A DNA stretch of 64,000 bases. It comes from a virus (taxonomy: Duplodnaviria; Heunggongvirae; Uroviricota; Caudoviricetes; Crassvirales). The position numbers and the translations under genes are program-made. Below, piece after piece: positions 26,901-34,806 of the stretch (positions are counted from its first letter, which is position 1; each line of letters starts with the position of its first letter). The stretch is from IMG/VR virus record IMGVR_UViG_2974789816_000001; one strand, written 5' to 3'. A model generated the notes under the pieces. The model was given only the letters and a program-made list of their open reading frames with translations. It had not been told where the DNA came from and made no database searches.

Positions 26901-29900
26901 TACTTCCTTACCATTAATATCAGTATAACTAATATCCCAAGGAATTTCACACTCTGCATATAAGATGTTATTAGGATTATTAGGGTCTACAACATAGTGT
27001 AAATCACCAGACTCTTCATATCCCTTAATACCCATTGCAGATACCTGAACAGCACTACCTCCTTTAATAGACTGCTTATTAACTCTCTTCTTGAATATAC
27101 TGAATAGCATTGCAGAAGAATCATGTTCCAATGCTCCTTCAAACAAAGGTACCAAGAACTTGTCATCTCCTGTCAAAGAATATGCCAACATATTATCCAT
27201 AGATTCCCTGCTATTATTGATAGTAGTCTGAAGAAGTTTATCACTTAACTTCTTTATATCAGATACTTCATTAGCAAATAAATCATAGGACTCAAGTATA
27301 TTAGCTACAATAAGAGAGTTATAGAATGAAACTAGGTTTCTACCATTCAATCTTACCTCACCATATTTACCTCCAAGATTTACTTTCTTTCCACCAACAT
27401 AATTCTCATAGTGATAGTCATCCATTTTAATGTTAGCCATAATAAGCTTTCTTACCTGAGTACCAAATAACTGAGAGCTATTAATATGCTCAGGTATATT
27501 AGTCTGAATTCTATAATCACCATAACTTAATTGATGGATATAAGCCTTGTCAAGTGCATTACTTAACTCTTGAGCATTAGAAGCTTTAAATATATCAGTA
27601 GAACCAAATCCACCAACCTTAACAATCTTAGTAGAACCTACCAAATCTACGCCCTTAGACTCCATCCAATAGGCCATATCCCTTAACTTACTACCAGCAG
27701 GTAATAACTCTGGGATAAGTACTGCTTCAGCATACTTATGCTGAACTGGAATTTTTAACTTATCAGTACTATTTACTGCCAAGTTTTCTATAGTGTACAT
27801 ATAAGGTTTAATAGGTTGAAATACTACAGACATATTAGCAATTTCAGTAAGTTTGTCAGAAGGAATCTGAGCATCTTTACCATATTCAGCTCTGAGCTGT
27901 TTAATAGTATTATACACATTTTCCATTTCCTGTGTCCACTTACCAGCCATACCCATTACTTTTCTGTAGCTTTCAAGGGTTCTATATCCCTGACCATCAG
28001 TAAGAGTATTCTTAGTATAAGCTTTATATATTGGAGAGTTCTTGCCGAACTTAGCTTCAATAGCTTTCATGAATTCAGGATTAGACACTTCTGCATTTAA
28101 ACTAATGTCATCAAAATAAACACATCTTTCTATTCCATCCTCACTATAAAGATTGCCATCAAAGTCTTTAGCTTCAAGGCTTAATACACTGCCTGGGGCA
28201 TGTATTTCCTTATATCTCTTCTGTAAGTCTTTAGTTCCATTATAGAATGCCGGGTCAATAGTGAACAATTGAAGCTGCTGTATAGTAGCAAACTTTGTAT
28301 TCCAATAGTAGTCTGCTATTACCTCATCTATAGACTTATTACCATTTACTTCTTGACTGAAATATACATATTGTACCTCCTTTTTGTTTGTCTTAGGATT
28401 ATATACTTTTTTAGTTTCAAGAAGACCTAAGTTATTAAGGCTTGTTTTGAAGCTATTTACAGCCTCCTCCATATAGGCTTGAATAGCCTTTACAACTTCC
28501 TGCTTTGAAGGATTTTCCCCTATCATAGCTGCATACTTGCCTACAGTACCATCAGGAGATTTGTGATCCTTGTTGAGGAAAGGAAGAGCTGTATATTCAT
28601 TCTCTTTACTTGAGAAGTTTTCAATAAGTGAATACCCACCTTCTTTTAACTTAGTATTAGCTGCTGATGTGAGAGCCATTCTTCTCCTCTCTTGTCTATA
28701 TACATCATACAGACCATCAAGTATCTCCTGAGTAGAATATCTTTTAGCTTTGATAAACTTAGATACTCCACTATCTCCTAAGACGAATACAGGATAGTAG
28801 GCATACTGGCTATTAGGACTCTTTTGTCTTTCAGAGAAGTACTCTGCCATCATGTCAATAGCATGTTGTTTACTAGTAAAGTTCTCAAAGTTATTATCAG
28901 AAGTTCCTAAGAATCTCTTAAATCCAAAGTTGGCAGCAAAATCTTTCTCATCTAAGCCACTCTCATAAAGGTCTCTCAACCACCTATTGAATATAGTACC
29001 ATTATCCTTATCCATGAAGAAAGAAGAGTCCAAGAACTCATTTTCAATCATTCTCCTAAGACCTTGCTTGTCATTGTTAGACACAAAACTGGCAATTCTA
29101 TCCATCTTGTCTCCAAGATATGAAGGAATGACATTACTGAACAAAGTAACATTATTACCATTCTTATCTTTATGCCTTACTCTAGACTCAAGTCTAAGAC
29201 CTTCTCTGTTCTTAGTTACAATAGATAACATCTTGTCAATCTTCTCTCTTATAACTCCCTGCTTTGCTGTAGAGCCTGCTGGAGAAAATCTTATAAAGTC
29301 TTTGAAAGACCTATTAGACAAAGAGTACTCACCTTTATCAAGTGATTCAAGCTCCTTCTTATTAAGAATCTTGTCAGTACCAAACTCTACTAACTCACTG
29401 ATAGCATCAGTAAACTTATGAAGGTCTCTACCACTAGACATAATCTTATCCAATGTTTCACCATCAATGTCTATACCCAAAGCTTCAGTAATCTTAATGA
29501 GAACTCCTTTCTTTTCTTGCCAAGAAGTTTCTTTATTGTTATAGAACTTTGGTGCAATGCTTACAGACTTACTTGGAAAATATTCCTTAACCAACTCTCT
29601 TAGACTCTGTAAGTTTTTCCAATTGATACTACCATCCTTGTTAAATACAGAGGTATTTGGATTAACCTGTTTACCCAAAGTGATACTAGTAAGGTATTGA
29701 CCAGAGAGACTATTATTAACTCTATTCAATATAAGAGTCTTGAAAGTTCTTAACCCATTCTTTACCTCTTCAAGAAGGATAGAGTAAGGTTGAAAGTTCT
29801 TCTTAAAATCTACATAGAACTGTGTCCTAAGCTGGTCATTATTTTCAAGCTCTTCTATAACAGGCTGTAACCAAGTCTGACTGTTAGAGGCATTTCTAAG

Positions 29901-30785
29901 CAAACCTATCATTTGTCTTTCAGATGTAACACCTCTTAATATTTCAATCAAAGACTGGTGTGCTTTAACAGGGTCAAGCATTATAGGAAAACCTAAGTCA
30001 TCATATACTTCTTCTCCATTTTCAACTCTCTGAATAGAACCTAAAAGTTTTCTTACTTGTTTTCCTACAGAACCAAAGGCAGAGTGCATATCAGAGGTCT
30101 CTTGCCATGCTTCTCTTCTAGACTCTGAAGCATCATATAATTCAGATAACTTATTATCATTGTAGTTATCTGGATTTGTATCATCTGCATACTCTATCTT
30201 GTCACCAAGTCTGAGTTCCTCTGTATCTCTCAATCTCATTCTAGCATAAGAGACTAGTGCTCCCCAGTTTTCAAGAACCTTCTTATAACTATTGGCTGTA
30301 TCCATATCACCTTCTTCAACAGCCTCTGAATAGTATTCAAGCAAGTCATTATAAACACCTTCAAATACTGAGAATTGACCTGCCACTAGTTTACCATTTG
30401 AAACAAATCCATTACATATAACTTTCCTACTTAGGGAAGGATTAGCTTCTTGTAAGGCATCAAGTCTGTCAGAAAACATAGTAGAAATCATATTGATTCT
30501 ATTAAATCTCTCTTCAGCACTAAAAGACTCCTTCAACTTCTGATAAGACTCAGATAAATTAGAACTAGCAGTCTTGATAGACCCTGCATTCATTTTTCCT
30601 AAGTCTCTTCTATATGAGATCAAGTCCTGTACAGCTCTATCAAGGTCTGATGTATCAAGTGGAGATGAGTGTGATTCATCATACATTCCTCTTAATGTAG
30701 CTACTCTATACTCATTCCAACCCTGAATTTTACTAGCAATTACGTCATCAATTCCCTTAATAGGATTATAACATTTTGTACTCAT
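23943..30785 (-). CDS. Giant (2280 aa) crAss-type virion-packaged multisubunit-like RNA polymerase (candidate).
   Basis: Contains ...TIAGFDFDIDKLYF... (DFDID encoded by plus coordinates 26658..26672). This is a DxDxD catalytic-Asp-loop motif of the type reported for the giant virion RNAPs of crAss-like phages. Its size and position beside two other giant genes fit. Confidence 0.6.
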   Translation of the reverse strand: MSTKCYNPIKGIDDVIASKIQGWNEYRVATLRGMYDESHSSPLDTSDLDRAVQDLISYRRDLGKMNAGSIKTASSNLSESYQKLKESFSAEERFNRINMISTMFSDRLDALQEANPSLSRKVICNGFVSNGKLVAGQFSVFEGVYNDLLEYYSEAVEEGDMDTANSYKKVLENWGALVSYARMRLRDTEELRLGDKIEYADDTNPDNYNDNKLSELYDASESRREAWQETSDMHSAFGSVGKQVRKLLGSIQRVENGEEVYDDLGFPIMLDPVKAHQSLIEILRGVTSERQMIGLLRNASNSQTWLQPVIEELENNDQLRTQFYVDFKKNFQPYSILLEEVKNGLRTFKTLILNRVNNSLSGQYLTSITLGKQVNPNTSVFNKDGSINWKNLQSLRELVKEYFPSKSVSIAPKFYNNKETSWQEKKGVLIKITEALGIDIDGETLDKIMSSGRDLHKFTDAISELVEFGTDKILNKKELESLDKGEYSLSNRSFKDFIRFSPAGSTAKQGVIREKIDKMLSIVTKNREGLRLESRVRHKDKNGNNVTLFSNVIPSYLGDKMDRIASFVSNNDKQGLRRMIENEFLDSSFFMDKDNGTIFNRWLRDLYESGLDEKDFAANFGFKRFLGTSDNNFENFTSKQHAIDMMAEYFSERQKSPNSQYAYYPVFVLGDSGVSKFIKAKRYSTQEILDGLYDVYRQERRRMALTSAANTKLKEGGYSLIENFSSKENEYTALPFLNKDHKSPDGTVGKYAAMIGENPSKQEVVKAIQAYMEEAVNSFKTSLNNLGLLETKKVYNPKTNKKEVQYVYFSQEVNGNKSIDEVIADYYWNTKFATIQQLQLFTIDPAFYNGTKDLQKRYKEIHAPGSVLSLEAKDFDGNLYSEDGIERCVYFDDISLNAEVSNPEFMKAIEAKFGKNSPIYKAYTKNTLTDGQGYRTLESYRKVMGMAGKWTQEMENVYNTIKQLRAEYGKDAQIPSDKLTEIANMSVVFQPIKPYMYTIENLAVNSTDKLKIPVQHKYAEAVLIPELLPAGSKLRDMAYWMESKGVDLVGSTKIVKVGGFGSTDIFKASNAQELSNALDKAYIHQLSYGDYRIQTNIPEHINSSQLFGTQVRKLIMANIKMDDYHYENYVGGKKVNLGGKYGEVRLNGRNLVSFYNSLIVANILESYDLFANEVSDIKKLSDKLLQTTINNSRESMDNMLAYSLTGDDKFLVPLFEGALEHDSSAMLFSIFKKRVNKQSIKGGSAVQVSAMGIKGYEESGDLHYVVDPNNPNNILYAECEIPWDISYTDINGKEVALEFSDYCNEDGTLKTDKDGNTLLEKKFPNALSILAYRIPTERDYSMINLRVKRFSQKTAGGTIKVPAQGTTIAGFDFDIDKLYFMRNEYRQRELSSSEVAEIWKEFYETYPNIKDVLKEAREEDTESINRLYKYWDKAGLPYSYKEAFAQFIADRGYISFESYDFSKSPLDNTRAARNNMLIKLIQERLMDYETFEQRYTPGGFANASKAARTLRELLFGNLEGIVSRGTVDFNAIAERAKDSKSDPEPNYDPSDPMTIITYNQQNQVAGKLIGIFANQNTNHAFSSLMSEFTLKDPIRFAGHSYNDLLHAPKGIDVDLNVAEFLAASVDAVKDPVLNFLNLNTITADAGAVLARIGYTTQEIGLLFNQPIIKEICEYSFNNGVTADMAMREVVKNYMGDDTESPKANPDEDFSINKLALNIVNDRVMREQGKNAMDNQSFKADQLKVAELFSQIQTVAGDISQFVTSSKFTASNAVGSTFGDLYSQQMKVKNYIDKFVVKNGKNALSVNMKVTDIIDSPITNNTNLQGSNQEYLESLIENPLAYEQAMYDMNRRAGMLLNSYYPYNTPSYSGARNRLAELTKSNFLDADTINSIHSDMLVYMLSQQEDSLFNGEMPTKDGIPAREYYTKHFAKEVFNTLESNPDLKSLPLFQYMQFVTNEKTGDISMNVQGIGGLAPYQKDELKGSWAELLKTEPDLARDLFMYNFYKLGFTFSPLAFMNLAPTELKLAIKVGRKWDSSANDGNGAWVERSYVDFLNDVKEGTVTANSEKFAKQYILNHLDNRRLVFTAKGSNLKYLKTLVYKNGEAVSNFTLDVNKLGDDAKNYTIKDSTLPKNCVAFRPCIVVDGITYICDSSNDKFNVSYDGSITYYKVSQLGTTNKSLQYVSDSESRLTDNEQYDNNMEGNSSQEFIPENTPNSFNREEAINQIIDYGIKNGEFMAEQVESIKEYLNSQSDVDLSDTVNAIRNEIQNSGLTDNTGEKVC

Positions 30786-30808
30786 ATAAATTAATATTTA
30801 TTTTTATG

Positions 30809-30816
30809 CAAAGGTA
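30809..30816 (-). promoter_or_regulatory. TAccTTTG (-7-type Bacteroidota promoter element) on the minus strand, ~24 nt upstream of the RNAP ATG at 30785.
   Basis: Reverse complement of caaaggta read at 30809..30816. Confidence 0.4.
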
Positions 30817-30858
30817 AGTAATTTAATTTCAATACACAAGCTTTTATTCAAAAAGCTA

Positions 30859-30891
30859 AAGGGAGAACAAGTATTTAATTTATTCTCCCTT
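30859..30891 (-). terminator. Hairpin aagggagaa/ttctccctt (9 bp, 15-nt loop) just downstream of the minus-strand gene ending at 30898, with a T-rich tract following on the minus strand.
   Basis: Read directly. The loop is rather large. Confidence 0.4.
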
Positions 30892-30897
30892 ATAAGA

Positions 30898-31524
30898 TTA
30901 CTCAACAATGTACTTGACACCATTGAATATGAGCCATTTGATTGTTAAGATATTGACTGGTCTAATACCTGACTCTTTATCAGTCTTAGTAATGTCCATA
31001 TCTACACAATCATATCTGCCATCTCTTGATTCAAATTGAATCTTATAGCCTCTAAGAACTCTATCTTCACCTTCTTCATAAGGAAGTACAGGGCTATTAA
31101 CCAGCTCAGTAATAAGATTCTTTGCTGCATTTGCAACACCTTTCTTATTGTTCTTAACTGTGTCAATACTATTTGAGAACTGCTCTACAATAGCATCAAT
31201 CTCCTCCTGTAACTTTTTCTTACTCTTAGGTTTATCCTGCTTCTTGAAACATACAGTAAATACCTGACCAGAATGGATGTTCTCCCAAATACTTCTAATA
31301 CCAAGAGTACCATCCTTCTTATCTTCCTTAGTTACCTTTACTGTAGTTTCAAACAAGTCAGCAGAGTTAGTGTAGTTCTTCAGATAACTCATACCAATCT
31401 GAACCTCTTCACCACTTTCAAAATGAGTAAGCCAAGCATTAGAGCCTGACACTCTGTTCACAATATAGTGAGAACTCTCACTAATAATGGAACCTTGCTT
31501 TAACTGATTTATTTGCTCAATCAT
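30898..31524 (-). CDS. Hypothetical protein. Start moved to the internal Met (MIEQINQ...); the first ~65 listed residues are the out-of-frame overlap with the upstream gene.
   Basis: The N-terminal part of the listed 273-aa ORF is basic low-complexity (RLQRRNLKLLHCRK...) and overlaps ORF 31526..31801. The internal ATG sits directly after that gene's stop. Confidence 0.4.
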   Translation of the reverse strand: MIEQINQLKQGSIISESSHYIVNRVSGSNAWLTHFESGEEVQIGMSYLKNYTNSADLFETTVKVTKEDKKDGTLGIRSIWENIHSGQVFTVCFKKQDKPKSKKKLQEEIDAIVEQFSNSIDTVKNNKKGVANAAKNLITELVNSPVLPYEEGEDRVLRGYKIQFESRDGRYDCVDMDITKTDKESGIRPVNILTIKWLIFNGVKYIVE

Positions 31525-31525
31525 A

Positions 31526-31765
31526 TCAAATAAGCTTTTCTGTATTAGACATAAATGTTTCAGCCTCCTGCTTAGTAACACCAATAGTTTTGATGTCTTC
31601 CTGCAATGCAGCAATTTGAGATTCCTTCTTTGCAATCTCTGACTCCATTTCTGCATGGAGATTACTTGCATTCTCATGTGCAGTCTTAAACATAGACTTA
31701 ATGCTTGCCATTCTTTCACTGAAAGAAGGTGCAGCTACAACTGATTTCTTCGTACCAAAAGCCAT
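31526..31765 (-). CDS. Small hypothetical coiled-coil protein. Start is uncertain (31801 or 31765).
   Basis: 91-aa ORF whose 5' end overlaps the thyX stop. The alternative MAFGTKKS start avoids that overlap. Confidence 0.3.
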   Translation of the reverse strand: MAFGTKKSVVAAPSFSERMASIKSMFKTAHENASNLHAEMESEIAKKESQIAALQEDIKTIGVTKQEAETFMSNTEKLI

Positions 31766-31775
31766 ACTTTTTTTT

Positions 31776-32666
31776 TTAGTTATTAATATACTTTCTTGCA
31801 ATAAATTCCTTCATTAAAGGCTCTGCTAATTCCTTAGCCTGAGGATGTGGAGCACCTGTAGTACCTCTTGCTCTTAGGTCAAAGAAGTGATTCCAATCAG
31901 ATACAAATCCAGTTACAACCAATTCTGTCTTTAAGGAGTTAGGTAAAACAGCTCTTGCTTCTTGTGGTTTCCAACCTAAGTCAATCAAGTCAATATAATC
32001 CTTTTCAGCATTATTTAGACTGGCAATGAAGATACTTTCAAGAGATTTATCCCTTATTACAGTATGATAAGGTCCATATAGTTTCAGTCTCTCATCATCC
32101 AACCAACAGGGTTGAATAAATGTAAGCTCATTGCCAAATTTATCCTTGGAATAGTTACAATACCTTGTGCTTTCTTGGGCAAAAGACATTACTCTGTGCC
32201 TTACAAACTCATGTGATACGCCTCTATCACATACAAAGTGTACAGTGATTCTTTTCTCGTGATATTCTGTAGGTTCACAAATATATTGTAAATCATCAAG
32301 CCAATCATTCTCTACTAGTACTCTAAGATTAGTAGTAACATATAGGTATATACCATCATCATTTGTTACTGAGTAAGAATTATATTCATATTTTTCCAAC
32401 TTATTAAAATCCTCTTCTTCACCATCTTCAGGATGTATATACCTATTTATGACCTCTGTTTCGCATTTAAGATATACTGTACCATGCTCTAACATAGCTC
32501 CATGACCAGACTTAATCATCCTATCCACAAAAGGCTTGGCAGAATCTTCTGTTATCTTATCCTCAGACTTATAACATACTCTACCTACTCTCTCAATCTG
32601 TTTATAAACTCCTTCAAGACCAGCAGGCTGATTCCATATTTCAAAACTTGGCTTAATTAGTTTCAT
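31776..32666 (-). CDS. thyX: flavin-dependent thymidylate synthase ThyX
   Basis: Contains EFVRHRVMSFAQESTRY, i.e. the ThyX signature RHR-x7-S. Confidence 0.7.
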   Translation of the reverse strand: MKLIKPSFEIWNQPAGLEGVYKQIERVGRVCYKSEDKITEDSAKPFVDRMIKSGHGAMLEHGTVYLKCETEVINRYIHPEDGEEEDFNKLEKYEYNSYSVTNDDGIYLYVTTNLRVLVENDWLDDLQYICEPTEYHEKRITVHFVCDRGVSHEFVRHRVMSFAQESTRYCNYSKDKFGNELTFIQPCWLDDERLKLYGPYHTVIRDKSLESIFIASLNNAEKDYIDLIDLGWKPQEARAVLPNSLKTELVVTGFVSDWNHFFDLRARGTTGAPHPQAKELAEPLMKEFIARKYINN

Positions 32667-32687
32667 TGTGCCTAAATATTTTACTTA

Positions 32688-33068
32688 TTAATTCCATAAT
32701 CCTATCTTCTTTCCTGCTAATTCATCAATAAAACAGAATCTAGTTCCGTCCTTCAAGGAACGTATATACTTACTGAAGTGTGCAATTAAAGGAGCACCAT
32801 TTCTTACCCCAACAACTTGCCCTATCCTATATACTTCTTCACTAGGAGAGTTCTCTGAATCTATTCCAATAAAAAACACAACTTTGTCTTTATATTCAGA
32901 ACACTTTTTGCAGGCATGGTCAGAAAATCCTACAGCCTTTCCATCTAACTCCTCTACTTCAGAAGCAGCTTTCTTTGTAAGGTGAGTGTTTGCCACAATT
33001 ACCTCTTCAGCTACTCCTCCGCAGATTGGGCACATGTACCTGACCAAGGAAACTTTAAAATTATCCAT
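32688..33068 (-). CDS. hypothetical Cys-rich (zinc-ribbon-like) protein
   Basis: CPICGG ... HACKKCSEY cysteine pairs. No further assignment. Confidence 0.3.
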   Translation of the reverse strand: MDNFKVSLVRYMCPICGGVAEEVIVANTHLTKKAASEVEELDGKAVGFSDHACKKCSEYKDKVVFFIGIDSENSPSEEVYRIGQVVGVRNGAPLIAHFSKYIRSLKDGTRFCFIDELAGKKIGLWN

Positions 33069-33221
33069 TTTCTTTCTTTTTTTTTTAACCGGCAGCCTTT
33101 TTCAAGGCCCTTATACCATACTCTCTGACTCCAATTAGTTTGCATTTATGAAAATTCTCATAGTTTTTCAGCCTCATCCTTGTTAAATTCTACTAATTGA
33201 ATCTTAGTTGCTGTTGCCATA

Positions 33222-33575
33222 TTATTCCTCTATAACTTCAAAGTCATCAACATTCCAGCCCTTTAGGTCAAAGATGGCTTTAACATCCTTCTTTGTTTTA
33301 GGAGCTATATAATCCCAAGCCTTTTGAGGCAATACAATCTGCTCTTCAACTGCACCTTTAAGGTCACAGTTTGAGTAGTCTATATCCTCAAAATACTCAC
33401 CATCTTCATCCTTTCCAGAGTCAGTAATCTCATAGTCAGATACCTTAATCTTTACAGTTTTACTAAGGGTGACACTTACTGTGACCTCAATTTCCCTTTC
33501 AGGATTATCAGCCTGATTCCAGGGTGCATTAGGGTCATGTTCTGCCCCTGGGGGATAATATCCACTTTCAGTCAT
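33222..33575 (-). CDS. Acidic small protein. Possibly a HicB-like partner of the upstream HicA-like gene, or a DNA-mimic-like acidic protein.
   Basis: 117 aa and strongly D/E-rich. Its start overlaps the HicA-like stop by 4 nt (ATGA). Its position is the canonical hicB slot. Confidence 0.3.
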   Translation of the reverse strand: MTESGYYPPGAEHDPNAPWNQADNPEREIEVTVSVTLSKTVKIKVSDYEITDSGKDEDGEYFEDIDYSNCDLKGAVEEQIVLPQKAWDYIAPKTKKDVKAIFDLKGWNVDDFEVIEE

Positions 33576-33775
33576 TTCTTTTTCTTTTTAATGTCTGTTA
33601 CCAAGTTATTCTCTTTAATCAGTCTACGAGCAATTACACATTCAAGATTTCTAGGTATGCTAATATGCCTTCCCTTGTCATTTACATAGATAGCATGGTC
33701 TCCATTATGTCTATTATATTGAAAACCATTATTCTTTACTATCCTTATGAATCCTCTCTGTGTATATTGCCTCAT
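33572..33775 (-). CDS. HicA-like (YcfA family) mRNA-interferase toxin-fold protein
   Basis: 67 aa: ...NGDHAIYVNDKGRHISIPRNLECVIARRLIKENNL... aligns by eye to HicA (G..H....R..V.PRH.DEI....L..ILKQLGL). Ends in a poly-Lys tail. Confidence 0.5.
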   Translation of the reverse strand: MRQYTQRGFIRIVKNNGFQYNRHNGDHAIYVNDKGRHISIPRNLECVIARRLIKENNLVTDIKKKKK

Positions 33776-34030
33776 CTACTCCACATCACCTGTATATATA
33801 CTATTACACTTCTCACACACATAGTGTCCATTCTTGTCAATAGTTACAGCAGGCTTACCACAAAAGTAACACCTATCTACTGCTTTAAATCCAAGAGTTA
33901 CACTATTCTTTGTAAAGTCCTTAACTACCTCTTCAATAAGATTCTTAGCTTGAGTTAGCTTCTCTCTTTCTCCTTGAGTCATTGGCACATCCCAAGGGAT
34001 AACCATACCCTTTATTCTCCAGAGAAGCAT
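33776..34030 (-). CDS. small protein with a C-terminal CxxC...CxxC zinc ribbon
   Basis: ...CYFCGKPAVTIDKNGHYVCEKCNSIY. Its stop abuts the HicA-like start. Confidence 0.35.
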   Translation of the reverse strand: MLLWRIKGMVIPWDVPMTQGEREKLTQAKNLIEEVVKDFTKNSVTLGFKAVDRCYFCGKPAVTIDKNGHYVCEKCNSIYTGDVE

Positions 34031-34129
34031 AACTCTCTTTCTCCAAGATAGTTGTTTGGGAGAAGATTGTGTTCTCCTATCAGGACTTGCATAAATTAAT
34101 CTTCCTGAATTTCCTATATTAACTTTCTT

Positions 34130-34351
34130 CTATAATATCTCTACATTTTTATAATCAAACCCTAATTGTCCAACCCAACTCTTTGCTACTATAGCAGAAT
34201 TAGATGAATAAAAGTGAATAGCTTCTTTAGGGTCATCAGTAACCCAGTAACACATTAATCCTGTTACTGGGTGAAACAGTTCATCTACTGTTTCAAGACC
34301 ATAGTCTTTAAGATACTTACCCTCTTTATTCTGTAGTACTTTAACTATCAT
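34130..34351 (-). CDS. hypothetical protein
   Basis: 73-aa ORF overlapping its neighbour by 4 nt. Confidence 0.3.
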   Translation of the reverse strand: MIVKVLQNKEGKYLKDYGLETVDELFHPVTGLMCYWVTDDPKEAIHFYSSNSAIVAKSWVGQLGFDYKNVEIL

Positions 34352-34779
34352 TCACCTGACTTTTTATCCATCCACATTACAGTCATTATAGCATAGTTTG
34401 CCATGTCAAGAAGAGTATCTTTAATAGACTCATCTTTAACCTGAGCTTCTTTCTTAGTGAGAGATTCAATTCTATTCATCTTGTCTCCCAATCTAACTAC
34501 AGAAGCTACAAGACCAAACTTATCAAGAGACTGCTCAAAGCTATTACCATAGTCATGATTCTTGGCTGCATAAGTCTTAGCCATGTTACTGGTAATCTCA
34601 GTGAACTTCTCCACACTTTCAGCCAGTTTAGGTCTACTGCCTAACATTCTGATTCCTTCCTTTACCCCTCTTAAGAGAGAAAGGCCAATTTCTGTCCTAC
34701 CAGAATCTTCATATGCAGTAATAGCTGCATTCAACCTATCAATGAGGCTCTGATATTCCTTGTTTATTGTTACTTCCAT
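34348..34779 (-). CDS. hypothetical protein, possibly DUF1599-like (nucleotide-metabolism-associated)
   Basis: Motif AKNHDYGNSF...RLGDKMNR resembles the K-x-x-DYG core I associate with DUF1599. This is weak. Confidence 0.25.
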   Translation of the reverse strand: MEVTINKEYQSLIDRLNAAITAYEDSGRTEIGLSLLRGVKEGIRMLGSRPKLAESVEKFTEITSNMAKTYAAKNHDYGNSFEQSLDKFGLVASVVRLGDKMNRIESLTKKEAQVKDESIKDTLLDMANYAIMTVMWMDKKSGE

Positions 34780-34806
34780 TTCTTCACTTTATTAATTACT
34801 TAAATC

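Noticed and set aside
30898-31719. Full 273-aa ORF as listed.
   Set aside because: Its first ~65 codons overlap the upstream 91-aa gene in another frame and are basic low-complexity. An internal ATG immediately after that gene's stop gives a more plausible 209-aa product. A programmed frameshift fusion was considered but there is no slippery site evidence.
34348-34779. Calling the 143-aa protein a MazG-like pyrophosphohydrolase.
   Set aside because: No EExxE/D metal-binding motif. Only the K-x-x-DYG core was seen, so it is kept as DUF1599-like at low confidence.
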